This document shows, one piece after another, positions 28,545 to 38,465 of a stretch of 64,000 nucleotides of DNA. Both the position numbers and the translations under genes were made by a program. The stretch covers positions 64,001 through 128,000 of the forward strand of contig CAVPOM010000009.1 in assembly GCA_963707025.1 (NCBI GenBank). Reading direction: 5' to 3'. Source of the stretch: an uncultured Verrucomicrobiae bacterium (lineage in GTDB: Bacteria; Verrucomicrobiota; Verrucomicrobiia; Limisphaerales; Palsa-1400). Under the pieces are notes generated by a model that did not search any database, was not told the origin of the DNA, and was given only the letters and a program-made list of their open reading frames with translations. Within the stretch, counting starts at the first letter, position 1, and each line of letters begins with the position of its first letter.

Positions 28545-30491
28545 ATGAACGAATACCTTCCTTGGGTCATTCTATTGCTGCCCTTGCTGGCGTCGGTCCT
28601 GATCGTGCTTTTTGGGCAAAAGGAGCCGCGCGCCAGCGCCGCCGTTTCCGTCGCGGCCATTGTCGCGGCGTTTTTCTGCTCGGTCATTTTGTGGACTGGG
28701 ATCCTGCCCGACATGATGGCGGACAATCCGGATCTGGCGAGGCGGCATTTCGTCTCGTTTGCAAGCGCCTTCACCTGGCTGCAGGTCGGGGCGCTGCACG
28801 TTGATTTCGCGGTGTCGGTTGATCCGATGAGCATGCTCATGCTGCTGGTCGTGACCGGGGTGGGCAGCTTGATTCATATTTTCTCCGTGGCCTATATGCG
28901 TGGCGACCGGGGCTATGCGCGTTACTTCGCCTGCCTGAGCTTTTTTACCTTCTCCATGCTGGGCGTGGTGTTGAGCAACAATTTCCTGCAAATGTTCATT
29001 TTCTGGGAGTTGGTCGGCGTCTCCAGCTATTTGTTGATCGGTTTCTGGTACGAACGGCCGGCGGCCGCCGATGCCGCCAAGAAGGCCTTCCTGACCAACC
29101 GGCTGGGCGATTTTGGGTTTCTCGCCGGAATTATCATGGTCTGGGCCGCGGCCGGCACGCTTAATTTTGGCTCCCTGCAAGACGCCTTCATCATCAATCC
29201 CACCCTGGTGGGGACGCTGGGCGGCTTGTTGATTTTCTGCGGGGCCGTCGGCAAGTCCGCGCAGTTCCCGCTCCATGTCTGGCTGCCGGACGCGATGGAG
29301 GGGCCGACCCCGGTCAGCGCCCTGATCCATGCCGCCACCATGGTGGCCGCCGGCGTTTATATGGTCTGCCGCGTTTTCTTTCTGTTCGATCCCGCGGCCC
29401 AGACGGTGATCGCCTGGGTGGGCGGGTTCACAGCCCTGCTCGCCGCCTTGATCGCGATCCAGCAGGATGACATCAAACGCATCCTGGCTTACTCCACCCT
29501 CTCGCAACTGGGCTACATGATGATGGCGGCCGGTTTGAGCCACCAGCCGGCGGCCATTTTTCATCTGGCCACCCACGCCTGTTTCAAGGCGCTCCTGTTC
29601 CTGGGGGCCGGCTCGGTCATCCACGCCTTGAGCCACGAGCAGGATATATGGAAAATGGGACGCTTGCGGGACAAAATGCCGGTCACGGCCCTGACCTTTC
29701 TCATCGGCACCCTGGCCTTGTGCGGCGTGCCGCCGTTGAGCGGATTTTACAGCAAGGACGCCATTCTGGCCGCTGCTTACCAAGAAAGCCCGGTGTTGTT
29801 TGCCCTGGGCGTGGTGGTCGCTTTTCTCACCACCTTTTACATGTTCCGGCTGGTCTTCGCGGTCTTTTGGGGCCGGGCAAAATCAGACCTCCCGGCCCAC
29901 GCCCACGAGTCGCCCCGCCTGATGACCTATCCGCTGACCGGCCTGGCCATCGCTGCGGTGATCGCCGGAGGTTTGGGCATCCACCGGTTTATGGCGCGGC
30001 AGTTTATCATGGGTCAGGGACAGGTCTGGCACTGGCCCTGGTGGCTGCATCTTTTTCACCAGCATGATTGGGGATTGAGCTTGCGCCAACTGATGGAGGA
30101 GGCGCTCGAGCCGTTGCACAGCGCCTTGGTGCCTGCCCTTTGCGGCCTGGGGGCCGTCCTGTTTGGATTTCTGGCGGCGTGGAAGCTGTATGGCAACGCC
30201 GCCTCCGAGCCGCTCCCGGCAAGCTTGCCCACCTTGTGCCGCCTCATGCGCCACAAGTTTTACTTCGACGAACTGTATGCGTGGCTCATTGCCCTCACCC
30301 AGGACGCCCTGGCCCGGTTTGCCGCCGTGTTTGACGACATTTTTGTGTCGGGCGGGGTGCGGTTCATTTCGGGCGGAACCGAGTTGTTGGGGCGCGGGCT
30401 GCGCCTGGTCCAATCCGGCAATTTGCAAACCTACGCCTTGCTCTCCGCCGCCGGCATCGCGCTGGCGCTGTATTTCATGTTGCGTTCTTGA
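28545..30491 (+). CDS. nuoL: NADH-quinone oxidoreductase subunit L
   Basis: GKSAQFPLHVWLPDAMEGPTPVSALIHAATMV. Confidence 0.97.
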   Translation: MNEYLPWVILLLPLLASVLIVLFGQKEPRASAAVSVAAIVAAFFCSVILWTGILPDMMADNPDLARRHFVSFASAFTWLQVGALHVDFAVSVDPMSMLMLLVVTGVGSLIHIFSVAYMRGDRGYARYFACLSFFTFSMLGVVLSNNFLQMFIFWELVGVSSYLLIGFWYERPAAADAAKKAFLTNRLGDFGFLAGIIMVWAAAGTLNFGSLQDAFIINPTLVGTLGGLLIFCGAVGKSAQFPLHVWLPDAMEGPTPVSALIHAATMVAAGVYMVCRVFFLFDPAAQTVIAWVGGFTALLAALIAIQQDDIKRILAYSTLSQLGYMMMAAGLSHQPAAIFHLATHACFKALLFLGAGSVIHALSHEQDIWKMGRLRDKMPVTALTFLIGTLALCGVPPLSGFYSKDAILAAAYQESPVLFALGVVVAFLTTFYMFRLVFAVFWGRAKSDLPAHAHESPRLMTYPLTGLAIAAVIAGGLGIHRFMARQFIMGQGQVWHWPWWLHLFHQHDWGLSLRQLMEEALEPLHSALVPALCGLGAVLFGFLAAWKLYGNAASEPLPASLPTLCRLMRHKFYFDELYAWLIALTQDALARFAAVFDDIFVSGGVRFISGGTELLGRGLRLVQSGNLQTYALLSAAGIALALYFMLRS

Positions 30492-30493
30492 GC

Positions 30494-32098
30494 ATGTCAC
30501 CACTCACTTACATTTTCGGTTTGCCGCTGCTGGCCGCGCTGCTGATGGTGCTGGTCCCGCGCAATTTTAAATTCGTCATCCGTTCCCTCGCCTTGCTCGC
30601 CACCTTCAGCTCCATGGTCATCGCCCTGGTAATGTTTTGCCGGTTTGACCCCGAGCTGGCCGGGCACGGTTTCCAATTCGAGGGCACGCCGCATGAATGG
30701 TCGCCCCACATCGGCCTGGGCTATCACGTCGGGGTGGATGGCATCAACCTGGGTCTCATCGTCATGGGGGCCATCGTCGCCTTTGCCGCGACCTGTGTGT
30801 CGCGGCGGATCGTGACGCGCGAAAAGGAGTTTTACATTTTGCTCATGCTCATGGCCGGCGGCATCCTCGGCGCCTTCGCCTCGCTCGACCTGGTCTGCTT
30901 TTACTTCTTCCACGAACTGGCGCTGGTGCCCACTTTCATCATGATCGGTGTGTGGGGCCGGGGCGACAACAAGAATTTTGCCGCCTATCAAATCACCCTT
31001 TACCTCAGCTTCGGGGCGCTGCTGGTGCTGGTGGGCCTGCTGGCCCTCTATCTGCAATTGCCGCCGGGCCAGCGCACTTTTGACATCGTGGCCATTACCA
31101 ACTACTTCCAATCGCGCCAAATCAACGCCGAGGCTGAGCGCTGGATTTTTCCGCTGCTCCTCTTTGGGTTCGGCATCCTGGTGTCTCTCTGGCCCTTCCA
31201 CACCTGGGCGCCGCTCGGCTATGCCTCGGCCCCGACCCCCACCGCCATGCTGCACGCGGGGGTGCTCAAGAAATTCGGACTCTACGGCCTCATCCGCATC
31301 GCCCTGCCCCTCATGCCCTACCAGGCGGCCAAATGGGTCCAAATTCTGGCTTTCCTTTGCCTGGGCAACATCCTCTACTGCGGGCTGGTGGCCATGCGGC
31401 AGCGCAATTTGAACCTGCTCATCGGCAATTCCAGCGTGGCCCACATGGGCTTCGCCTTTCTCGGCCTGGCCAGCTTGTCCACCATTGGCATCAGCGGCAC
31501 GGTCCTCATCATGGTCGCCCATGGTTTTCTGGCGGCGTTGACTTTCGCGCTGAGCGGGTACCTGGATGAAGAGCTTAAAACGGTGGACATCAATCAAATG
31601 GGCGGATTGCTGCGCCACCTGCCGTTTATTGGGACGGTCATGATGATGGCGATGCTGGCCGGTTGCGGGCTGCCGGGCTTCGCCAATTTTCCCGGCGAAA
31701 TGATGGTGTTGTTTGGCAGTTGGGGATCGCCGGCGACCGGCCCGGCCTCACCCGTTCCTCCCTTGGTGGTGGGCCTGGCCATTTGGGGGGCGCTGGTCAT
31801 CGCCGGCGTTTATATGCTCCGGGCCATCCGCGAGATCTGGCACGGGGAGAAGTCCTGGCAGGCCATCTCCGATCCCACGACGGTGTGGCGCAAGCTTCCT
31901 TATGGATTGCTGCTGGCCTGCCTCATTTTGCTGGGCTGTTTCCCACGCTTGTTGACCGACAGCATTGCGACCAGCGTGGAGCCGGTGGCGCGGATGGCCT
32001 CCGGCGAACCCAGCCCGGCGTTCAAACCGGCCACTACGACTCCGCGCCCGCGCATCTTCAGGGTGGTGCCGAAGGCCACAGTTCCAAACGCCCATTAG
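30494..32098 (+). CDS. nuoM: NADH-quinone oxidoreductase subunit M
   Basis: GVDGI, PFHTW, SSVAHMGF and GLPGFANF. Confidence 0.95.
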   Translation: MSPLTYIFGLPLLAALLMVLVPRNFKFVIRSLALLATFSSMVIALVMFCRFDPELAGHGFQFEGTPHEWSPHIGLGYHVGVDGINLGLIVMGAIVAFAATCVSRRIVTREKEFYILLMLMAGGILGAFASLDLVCFYFFHELALVPTFIMIGVWGRGDNKNFAAYQITLYLSFGALLVLVGLLALYLQLPPGQRTFDIVAITNYFQSRQINAEAERWIFPLLLFGFGILVSLWPFHTWAPLGYASAPTPTAMLHAGVLKKFGLYGLIRIALPLMPYQAAKWVQILAFLCLGNILYCGLVAMRQRNLNLLIGNSSVAHMGFAFLGLASLSTIGISGTVLIMVAHGFLAALTFALSGYLDEELKTVDINQMGGLLRHLPFIGTVMMMAMLAGCGLPGFANFPGEMMVLFGSWGSPATGPASPVPPLVVGLAIWGALVIAGVYMLRAIREIWHGEKSWQAISDPTTVWRKLPYGLLLACLILLGCFPRLLTDSIATSVEPVARMASGEPSPAFKPATTTPRPRIFRVVPKATVPNAH

Positions 32099-33541
32099 AT
32101 GAACCTGAATTTAATCATCCCGGAAATGGCCGTGGTGGGACTGGCGCTGGCCGTGCTGCTCATTGATCTGTGGACGCCGCCGGCGTCCAAGCACCGGCTG
32201 GGCTATCTGACGGCGATGGGGCTGGTCGTCATCCTGGTCATGAGTTTTGCCGGTAAAATCGGCGACAACCCCATGGTGGGGTTTGGCGGACTTTTTATTT
32301 GCGACGGCCTGGGCCTTTACTTCAAACGCTTTTTCATCGGCGCTGCCATTCTGGTGGTGCTCATGGGAATTGAGTACGCGGATCGCATCCCGGTGGGCAT
32401 CGGGGAATTTCAGGTGTTGCTGCTGCTGGCGCTGGCCGGGATGATGTTCGCCGCGTCGGCCAACGATTTCATCCTGGTGTTTGTCGCCTTGGAATTGATC
32501 ACCGTGACCTTTTATGTGCTGGTCAGCTTCCAGCGGGGGCGGCTGGCATCGCTGGAAGCGGGCGTGAAATACCTGGTGATGGGCGCGCTATCCGCCGCCT
32601 TTCTGGTTTTCGGCATCGCCCTGCTCTTCGCGGCCGCCAACAGCACCAATTTCTCCGCCTTGAACGCCGCCTCCGCCGCGCTGGCCAACAACCGGCTTTT
32701 CTGGCTCGGCCTGTTGCTCATTTTGGTCGGGCTGGCCTTCAAGACCGCCGTTTTCCCCATGCAAATGTGGGCGCCGGACGTTTACCAGGGAGCGCCCACC
32801 CCTGTGACCGCCTTCCTGGCCATTGCTTCCAAGGGCGCCGGCTTCGTCCTCCTCCTGCGAGTGTTGTTTATGGCCGTGCCCTTTGTTTCGCGCCACTGGG
32901 CAACCTTGTTCCTGATCGTGGCCGCCATCACCATTCTTTACGGCAACCTCTGCGCCCTGCCGCAACGCAGCTTGAAGCGGCTCCTGGGCTACTCCAGCAT
33001 CGCCCATGCGGGTTATTTGATGCTCGGCGTGGCCGCCCTTAACAGCACCGGTTCCGCCGCCGTGCTCTATTATCTCCTGGGCTACTTGTTTACCCTGGGC
33101 GCCGCCTTCGTCGTCATTTGTCTGGTCTGCCGCCAATCCGACGACATCGGCACGCTGGCGGGATTAAACCAGCGTTCGCCCGTCCTGGCCGCGGCGATGG
33201 CCATGGCCATGATTTCGCTGGCCGGCATTCCGCCGCTGGCCGGTTTTGCCGGCAAACTTTTTCTGCTCCAGTCCGTCGTGGAACAGGCCGCCCGCAACCC
33301 GGCCTTTTATGGGCTGGCCATGGTGGCGGTGGTCGGCGTGGTCATCTCGATGGCCTACTATATGGGCGTGGTTCGGGCCATCTATTGGTCAAAAGACTGC
33401 CCCGACACCGCGCCCATCCCCATCGCGCCGACCATGAAAGTTTCCCTGGCCGTTTGCATGGCGGGCATGCTGTATCTGGGTCTTTTCCCCAACGCGGTGG
33501 TGCAGGCGGCGGCCGAAGCGGCCAGGGCGCTGAAGTTTTAG
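32099..33541 (+). CDS. nuoN: NADH-quinone oxidoreductase subunit N
   Basis: EAGVKY, WAPDVYQGAP and KRLLGYSSIAHAGY. Confidence 0.96.
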   Translation: MNLNLIIPEMAVVGLALAVLLIDLWTPPASKHRLGYLTAMGLVVILVMSFAGKIGDNPMVGFGGLFICDGLGLYFKRFFIGAAILVVLMGIEYADRIPVGIGEFQVLLLLALAGMMFAASANDFILVFVALELITVTFYVLVSFQRGRLASLEAGVKYLVMGALSAAFLVFGIALLFAAANSTNFSALNAASAALANNRLFWLGLLLILVGLAFKTAVFPMQMWAPDVYQGAPTPVTAFLAIASKGAGFVLLLRVLFMAVPFVSRHWATLFLIVAAITILYGNLCALPQRSLKRLLGYSSIAHAGYLMLGVAALNSTGSAAVLYYLLGYLFTLGAAFVVICLVCRQSDDIGTLAGLNQRSPVLAAAMAMAMISLAGIPPLAGFAGKLFLLQSVVEQAARNPAFYGLAMVAVVGVVISMAYYMGVVRAIYWSKDCPDTAPIPIAPTMKVSLAVCMAGMLYLGLFPNAVVQAAAEAARALKF

Positions 33542-33612
33542 CAAAAAGGAAAACCCCTAAAACAGTCTTGCCATCAGCGCCCTCCAGCGCCTATATTGGC
33601 CTTCTAAATTTT

Positions 33613-33843
33613 ATGGCTGACATAGCGAACAAATATCCCGACAACGTGGCGGGCAAGTATTACGTGGATAACCAGTGCATTGACTGCGACCTGTGCCGCG
33701 AAACCGCCCCCAACAATTTCAAGCGCAACGACGACGGCGGCTTTTCTTTTGTGTTCAAGCAACCCGGCACGCCGGAGGAGGAAGCTCAGTGCAAGGAGGC
33801 GCAGGAGGGTTGCCCCGTTGAAGCCATTGGCGACAACGGCTGA
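33613..33843 (+). CDS. Single-cluster ferredoxin
   Basis: CIDCDLC...GCPVEAI in 76 aa; own promoter TTGCCA-N18-TATATT. Confidence 0.92.
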   Translation: MADIANKYPDNVAGKYYVDNQCIDCDLCRETAPNNFKRNDDGGFSFVFKQPGTPEEEAQCKEAQEGCPVEAIGDNG

Positions 33844-33963
33844 GCGGGAGCGGGGCCGGGCGGAGCCAGGCCGGCACGGAGCAGGCTGGGTGGCCAGGGC
33901 CGCCATCGGGCCGGAAGGGCGCCTTTTCCGGCGGCGGCGAGAGTGAACCGTTGAAGTTTCATT

Positions 33964-34851
33964 ATGACAACGACCTTCAAGAAGCTGGAAATCCCCGGCC
34001 GGGTCATGTTCACCGAGGGCAAAGGCGAACTGCTCATGCTGGAGGTCAACACCGCCTGGAGCCGCGCCGAATTATACCTGCACGGCGCCCACCTCACTCA
34101 CTTCCAGATCAAGGACCAGCCGCCCCTGCTTTTCATGAGCCAGTTCAGCCGCTTCAAGGAAGGCGCTCCCATCCGCGGCGGCATCCCCGTCATTTTTCCC
34201 TGGTTCGGCGCGCGCGAAGGCGAACCGGCCCACGGCTTTGCCCGCACCCAGCTCTGGGAATTGCGCGAGATTTCCCAGTTGACCGATGGCGGCCTGAGCC
34301 TGCGCCTGGGCCTGCCCGATTCCCCCGCCGCCGCCTTGTTCCCCAAATTCACCCTGGAATACCGCCTGACCCTCGGCCGGACCCTGGCCGCCGAACTGAT
34401 CGTCACCAACGACTCGGAAGACCAGGAGTTCACTTTTGAAAACTGCCTGCACGCCTATTTCCAGATCGGCGACATCACCGCCGTTTCCGTCACCGGACTC
34501 AAAGGCACCGATTACCTGGACAAGGTGGATGGCTTTTCCCGCAAAACGGAACGGGCCGAGCATTTGCAATTCTCGCGGGAAACGGACTCCGTTTATCTCA
34601 ACACCCCGCACCCGGTGGAGATTCACGACTCCAAATTGCAGCGGCGCATCCGCATCGAAAAATCCGGCTCCCTTTCCACCGTGGTCTGGAATCCGTGGGC
34701 GGACAAGGCCCAGCAGATGCCCGATTTGGGCAATGAAGAGTACAAGGAAATGCTCTGCGTGGAACCGGGCAATGTCGGCGAAAACAAAATCACCCTCCCC
34801 GCCGGAAAAAGCGCCAGCTTCAAAATTGTCGTCAGCACCCTGCCGCTCTGA
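33964..34851 (+). CDS. D-hexose-6-phosphate mutarotase (aldose 1-epimerase family)
   Basis: IRGGIPVIFPWFG, HGFAR, LHAYF, VVWNPW and MLCVEP. Confidence 0.92.
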   Translation: MTTTFKKLEIPGRVMFTEGKGELLMLEVNTAWSRAELYLHGAHLTHFQIKDQPPLLFMSQFSRFKEGAPIRGGIPVIFPWFGAREGEPAHGFARTQLWELREISQLTDGGLSLRLGLPDSPAAALFPKFTLEYRLTLGRTLAAELIVTNDSEDQEFTFENCLHAYFQIGDITAVSVTGLKGTDYLDKVDGFSRKTERAEHLQFSRETDSVYLNTPHPVEIHDSKLQRRIRIEKSGSLSTVVWNPWADKAQQMPDLGNEEYKEMLCVEPGNVGENKITLPAGKSASFKIVVSTLPL

Positions 34852-34892
34852 GCCAAGACAGACTGTGGTTGGTTGCTGAAAGTCGTTGTCTT

Positions 34893-35774
34893 ATGGATTC
34901 ATTCACCTTAATCGTCCTTGGGATTTTTGTCGGAGGGGCGGTCTTGGTCGCATTGGCGTGGCGCCTTACTCGCGGCCTGCCGACATGCGTGAGGTTGCTG
35001 CCAACAACATTCATTGTGGCGCTTGCGATTGCCCCTGGCGTTATCGGTGGGGAAGGTGGCATGGCCATTGTTCCTGCCGTTCTCGTCCTTTTCAGCGCGC
35101 CGCAGGTGGTCTTGGGCCCGATAGGCATGGAGTGGGCGGCATTTTATATTGTCTCGGTCGTAGTGCATCTTTTCAATCGTTTGGTAGCCCGAAGATACAA
35201 ATCCCCGTGGCAGGTGATGTTGCTGGCCGGAATTGCAGCCGTAGTGACTGTAATCGCGGCTGGTCATTGTAAGGTCGGCCAGCGGGTGGCATCCATAGAT
35301 TTCAAAGCGGTCTATCCAAACATTCAACCTTACGGTGGCGGCTCTGGCTCCTGCGAAATGGCCGCGGGAGTCTATCCGAATCTACAAGGCACCAGTGCGT
35401 TTGCTTTCAAAACTCCACATGGCGGAATCGCACTGGACTGCACTTTCAGAGATGAAGTTTATGGCGCAGCTTACTTCCGGGATGCCACAGCCTCGCCAAC
35501 CTCCCAACCGATTGGAAGCGAGTCATTTTTCGATGTCTTGGCCGGGACGCGAATCCGGCTCAATTATCGCCGCCACAACCTTGGCGTAATTTTTAGCGGA
35601 ACAGACAAGGCGGAGATGGAAGAAGCGGCGAGGAACCTGGACGCCGCGATTATGAAGGGAAACCCGAAAATTCGAATGCAGGACATTGAGCTTCGCCAGG
35701 TAACGGGCTTCAAGTTATCGGTTTACTTCGCGCCGCTTTCTTGGATTCTTTATATCTGTCCCGGCGCACCGTAG
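34893..35774 (+). CDS. Hypothetical membrane protein, atypical (AT-richer) composition
   Basis: Long ORF with several N-terminal TM segments. Confidence 0.6.
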   Translation: MDSFTLIVLGIFVGGAVLVALAWRLTRGLPTCVRLLPTTFIVALAIAPGVIGGEGGMAIVPAVLVLFSAPQVVLGPIGMEWAAFYIVSVVVHLFNRLVARRYKSPWQVMLLAGIAAVVTVIAAGHCKVGQRVASIDFKAVYPNIQPYGGGSGSCEMAAGVYPNLQGTSAFAFKTPHGGIALDCTFRDEVYGAAYFRDATASPTSQPIGSESFFDVLAGTRIRLNYRRHNLGVIFSGTDKAEMEEAARNLDAAIMKGNPKIRMQDIELRQVTGFKLSVYFAPLSWILYICPGAP

Positions 35775-35880
35775 GGCGGCAGCGCCTTCCGCCTTGGATC
35801 TCGCCAACCGGAACATTGAGTCAACTCAACGTCTGCCCCGAGTCTGCGAGGGGCCACCTGCGGGGTAACGACCCGATAAT

Positions 35881-35968
35881 TCTTCTCCCTCTCCTCCTCG
35901 GAGCAGGGCCGTGGAGAGGAGGCCGTTTGGTCCGCTTCCGTGCGGCTATAGTTTTCATGAAACTGCTC
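35881..35968. repeat. Partial copy of the MITE-like element at 39622
   Basis: Shares CTCCCTCTCCTCCTCGG...GAGAGGAGGCC...GCTTCCGTGCGGCTA..GTTTTCATGAAA.TGCTCT with 39661-39749. Confidence 0.75.
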
Positions 35969-35981
35969 TGACGATAAGCTC

Positions 35982-37355
35982 TTATTTGGGCCTTCCCGCC
36001 CTGCCCTGGAGCAGGGCGTCGGCCCGGTTCTTCCATTTAATCGCCTCCTCCGTTTTGTCCTCCTCCAGAAGAACCACGCTGAGATTCATGCATACCTTCC
36101 ACGAGTTGGGATTTTTCGCGTAATTGTCCTCCCAGAGCGTCCGCCCATCGGCCAGCACCTTTTCATGCTGGCAGGTCAGCAACGCCAGGACCGCCGCGGC
36201 CAGGCCGGCGGCCAGCGCCGGCGTGACCAGCCCCTGATGCCGCGTCCAGACGGCGATCAAGGCGGCGATCAAGGCGAGGATGGCCGGAAGGGCCAGATAT
36301 TGAAAATGATCCGCCACCCGCGAATTGGAAAAAAAGGCGAGGTCCACCATCCCCAGCGCCGGAGCCAGCGCCACCCCGAAATAACCCAAGGCAAACAACC
36401 ACGGCCGCCCCCAGCTTTTCCGGCGGCGCCAGAGAAGAAAAAACAAACCGGCCAGCAGCAGCGCCGGCAGGTAGGAAACCGCCGCGCGCGGATCAATTTC
36501 CCAGCGCGGATAGATCATCGTCAGGCCGGCGGGCGCCAGGACTTTTCCGAGATAAAACCAGACCGCCCAGGAGCCGCCGATCAACCGCACCCAGAGACTG
36601 TCGTGGATGACGCCGACGCCGCCATGCACCGCCTTGGATTGGACGGCCACGGCCACCAGCGCCATGAGCACGGCCAGCACAAAAAAAGGAATGCAGCGGT
36701 CCAGGTCCCGCCGCGTGACCCGCCCGCGCCGCCACCAGACAAAAAGCAACAGCACCACCGGCAACACCGCCACGGAACTTTTCGCCAGCAGCGCCAGAAA
36801 AAACGCCGCCAGGGATAAGCCGGGCAACCGCCTGGAACTTCCGCTTTGCACCGGCGAACGAACGAGGTCATCGAAGCGCAGGAACCACCACAGGCTCAGC
36901 AGGTAGAAGAACATGGAGAGGGTGTTCTTGCGCTCGGCAATCCACGCCACCGAGGCCGCGCAGACCGGATGCACCGCAAAGAGCAGGGCCGCCAGCCAGC
37001 TTCCGGGAACGCCCAGGCATTTCAAGACGCGCCAGAGCAGGATGGCGTTGCCGGCGTGCAGCAGGATGTTGACGATATGGTATCCCGCCGCGTGCAGGCC
37101 CCAGAGATGCCACTCCAGCCAGAAGGAGGAAAGGGTCAGCGGGATGTAATCCTCCGGCCAGTTGCCAAACCAGATGGAGTAAAGGCCGTCAACCGTTTTG
37201 ACGGCCGGGTTTTCCGTCAGCAGTTTGTCGTCGTCCCAAATGAAGCCGCCCCGCATGGCCGGCACATAAATGAGCACGGTGACCAGCGCCAGCAGCGCCG
37301 CCGCCAGCCACGGTGGCGGGGCCGCGCGCTCAGGGTTGCTCGCTGGCGGCGCCAT
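35982..37355 (-). CDS. TMTC-like GT-C membrane glycosyltransferase with a short TPR-like tail
   Basis: GGFIWDDD, YHIVNILLH, LFAVHPV..SVAWI.ERK and VADHFQY; multi-TM. Confidence 0.8.
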   Translation of the reverse strand: MAPPASNPERAAPPPWLAAALLALVTVLIYVPAMRGGFIWDDDKLLTENPAVKTVDGLYSIWFGNWPEDYIPLTLSSFWLEWHLWGLHAAGYHIVNILLHAGNAILLWRVLKCLGVPGSWLAALLFAVHPVCAASVAWIAERKNTLSMFFYLLSLWWFLRFDDLVRSPVQSGSSRRLPGLSLAAFFLALLAKSSVAVLPVVLLLFVWWRRGRVTRRDLDRCIPFFVLAVLMALVAVAVQSKAVHGGVGVIHDSLWVRLIGGSWAVWFYLGKVLAPAGLTMIYPRWEIDPRAAVSYLPALLLAGLFFLLWRRRKSWGRPWLFALGYFGVALAPALGMVDLAFFSNSRVADHFQYLALPAILALIAALIAVWTRHQGLVTPALAAGLAAAVLALLTCQHEKVLADGRTLWEDNYAKNPNSWKVCMNLSVVLLEEDKTEEAIKWKNRADALLQGRAGRPK

Positions 37356-37713
37356 GATCCAGAAAAACAAGTTGCTGCTGCCCCGGCCTGCCGATCAACG
37401 CCATGGCGCGATTGGGAAAAAGCGCGAAAAGTTCTTCATCCGTGATGATTTTGACTTTGGCCGTCTCCGTGCGCAGGACCACCAGCGGGCCGGAGGCCGG
37501 CGGCGCGGGGGACGAGCCGTGCAGGAGCGCCACCAAAATCAAGAACAGCAGAAAGACGGGCAAGCCGGTGGCACAGGCGCGTAAAACACGCTGGCGCCGC
37601 CGGCGCCGTTGCAGGAAATCCACCCCGCCCGCCAGCGAGGCCGCCCGCAAATTCGCCGCCTCCCCGTCCTCGAGGATTTCGCGCAATAGCCGGTCTTGTT
37701 CGGAGCGTTTCAT
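37330..37713 (-). CDS. Single-TM hypothetical protein, probable anti-sigma
   Basis: Follows the ECF sigma gene; RRRRR plus a TM segment, and IITDEELFALFP. Confidence 0.65.
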   Translation of the reverse strand: MKRSEQDRLLREILEDGEAANLRAASLAGGVDFLQRRRRRQRVLRACATGLPVFLLFLILVALLHGSSPAPPASGPLVVLRTETAKVKIITDEELFALFPNRAMALIGRPGQQQLVFLDHGAASEQP

Positions 37714-37745
37714 GGCAACCGTTCAGTTTTTGATGGGCAGGGCAA

Positions 37746-37800
37746 GGTAGGGCGGGCAGTCCCCTGCCCGCCGCGGCGCGCACGGAGTGCGCGCCCTACC
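37746..37800. repeat. REP-like palindrome
   Basis: GGTAGGGCG...CGCCCTACC with an inner GCGCGCAC/GTGCGCGC hairpin. Confidence 0.8.
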
Positions 37801-37823
37801 CGCCAAGATTGAGGCATGTCGTT

Positions 37824-38459
37824 TCATGGCATTCGCAACTTTTCCATGATACGCGCGCGCAGATGCCGCCGCAACCGCAGAAGCCGCGATTCCACCGCCT
37901 TCTCGCTCAACCCGCCCAGCGCGGAAAGTTCGCGCACGGTTTCGCCGGCCAGGTACTTGTTTTCAATGAGCAGGCGGTCCTCCGGCTCCAGTTCGTCCAG
38001 GCTTTCCTCCAGCAGCGCGCCGAGCCGGCCGTCGTCCCCGGCGGCGGGTTCGCGCGGATAAGCTCTGCGGCCCAGGGCAAAGTTCTGCAGCAGGGCAAAG
38101 TAGCGGCGGTGTTTGCGGTGGCCGTCGCGGGCGGCGTTGCGCGCCACCGCCTTGAGCCAGCACCAAAAAGCATGCTCCTCCGCAAAGACCCGGCGATGGC
38201 GCAGGAGGCGAAGGAGCGTTTCCTGCAACGCATCCTGCGCCTCCTGCTCCTGTCCGCGCGTGACCGCCAGGAGGAAATGATACAGGCGGTCAAAGTAAAG
38301 CCGGTGAAATTCGCGGAAGGCCTCCTCCTCGCCCGCCGCCAGCCGCCGTGTCAACAACGCAACGGCGCCGCTGGCCGCGCCGCTGGTTGGAGGGTTCCCC
38401 ACAAGGGTGAGCTTGTTGAGTCGAATCGGGAGCAGATTGTTGGCGGCGGTATCGGGCAC
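37824..38459 (-). CDS. ECF sigma-70 factor; start uncertain
   Basis: GEEEAF, AQDALQE, WLKAVARN..RD and KAVESRL.RLR. Confidence 0.88.
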   Translation of the reverse strand: MPDTAANNLLPIRLNKLTLVGNPPTSGAASGAVALLTRRLAAGEEEAFREFHRLYFDRLYHFLLAVTRGQEQEAQDALQETLLRLLRHRRVFAEEHAFWCWLKAVARNAARDGHRKHRRYFALLQNFALGRRAYPREPAAGDDGRLGALLEESLDELEPEDRLLIENKYLAGETVRELSALGGLSEKAVESRLLRLRRHLRARIMEKLRMP

Positions 38460-38465
38460 CTGGAA

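Noticed and set aside
33118..33612. 241-aa ORF fused to the ferredoxin
   Set aside because: It overlaps nuoN out of frame; the ferredoxin has its own ATG and promoter.
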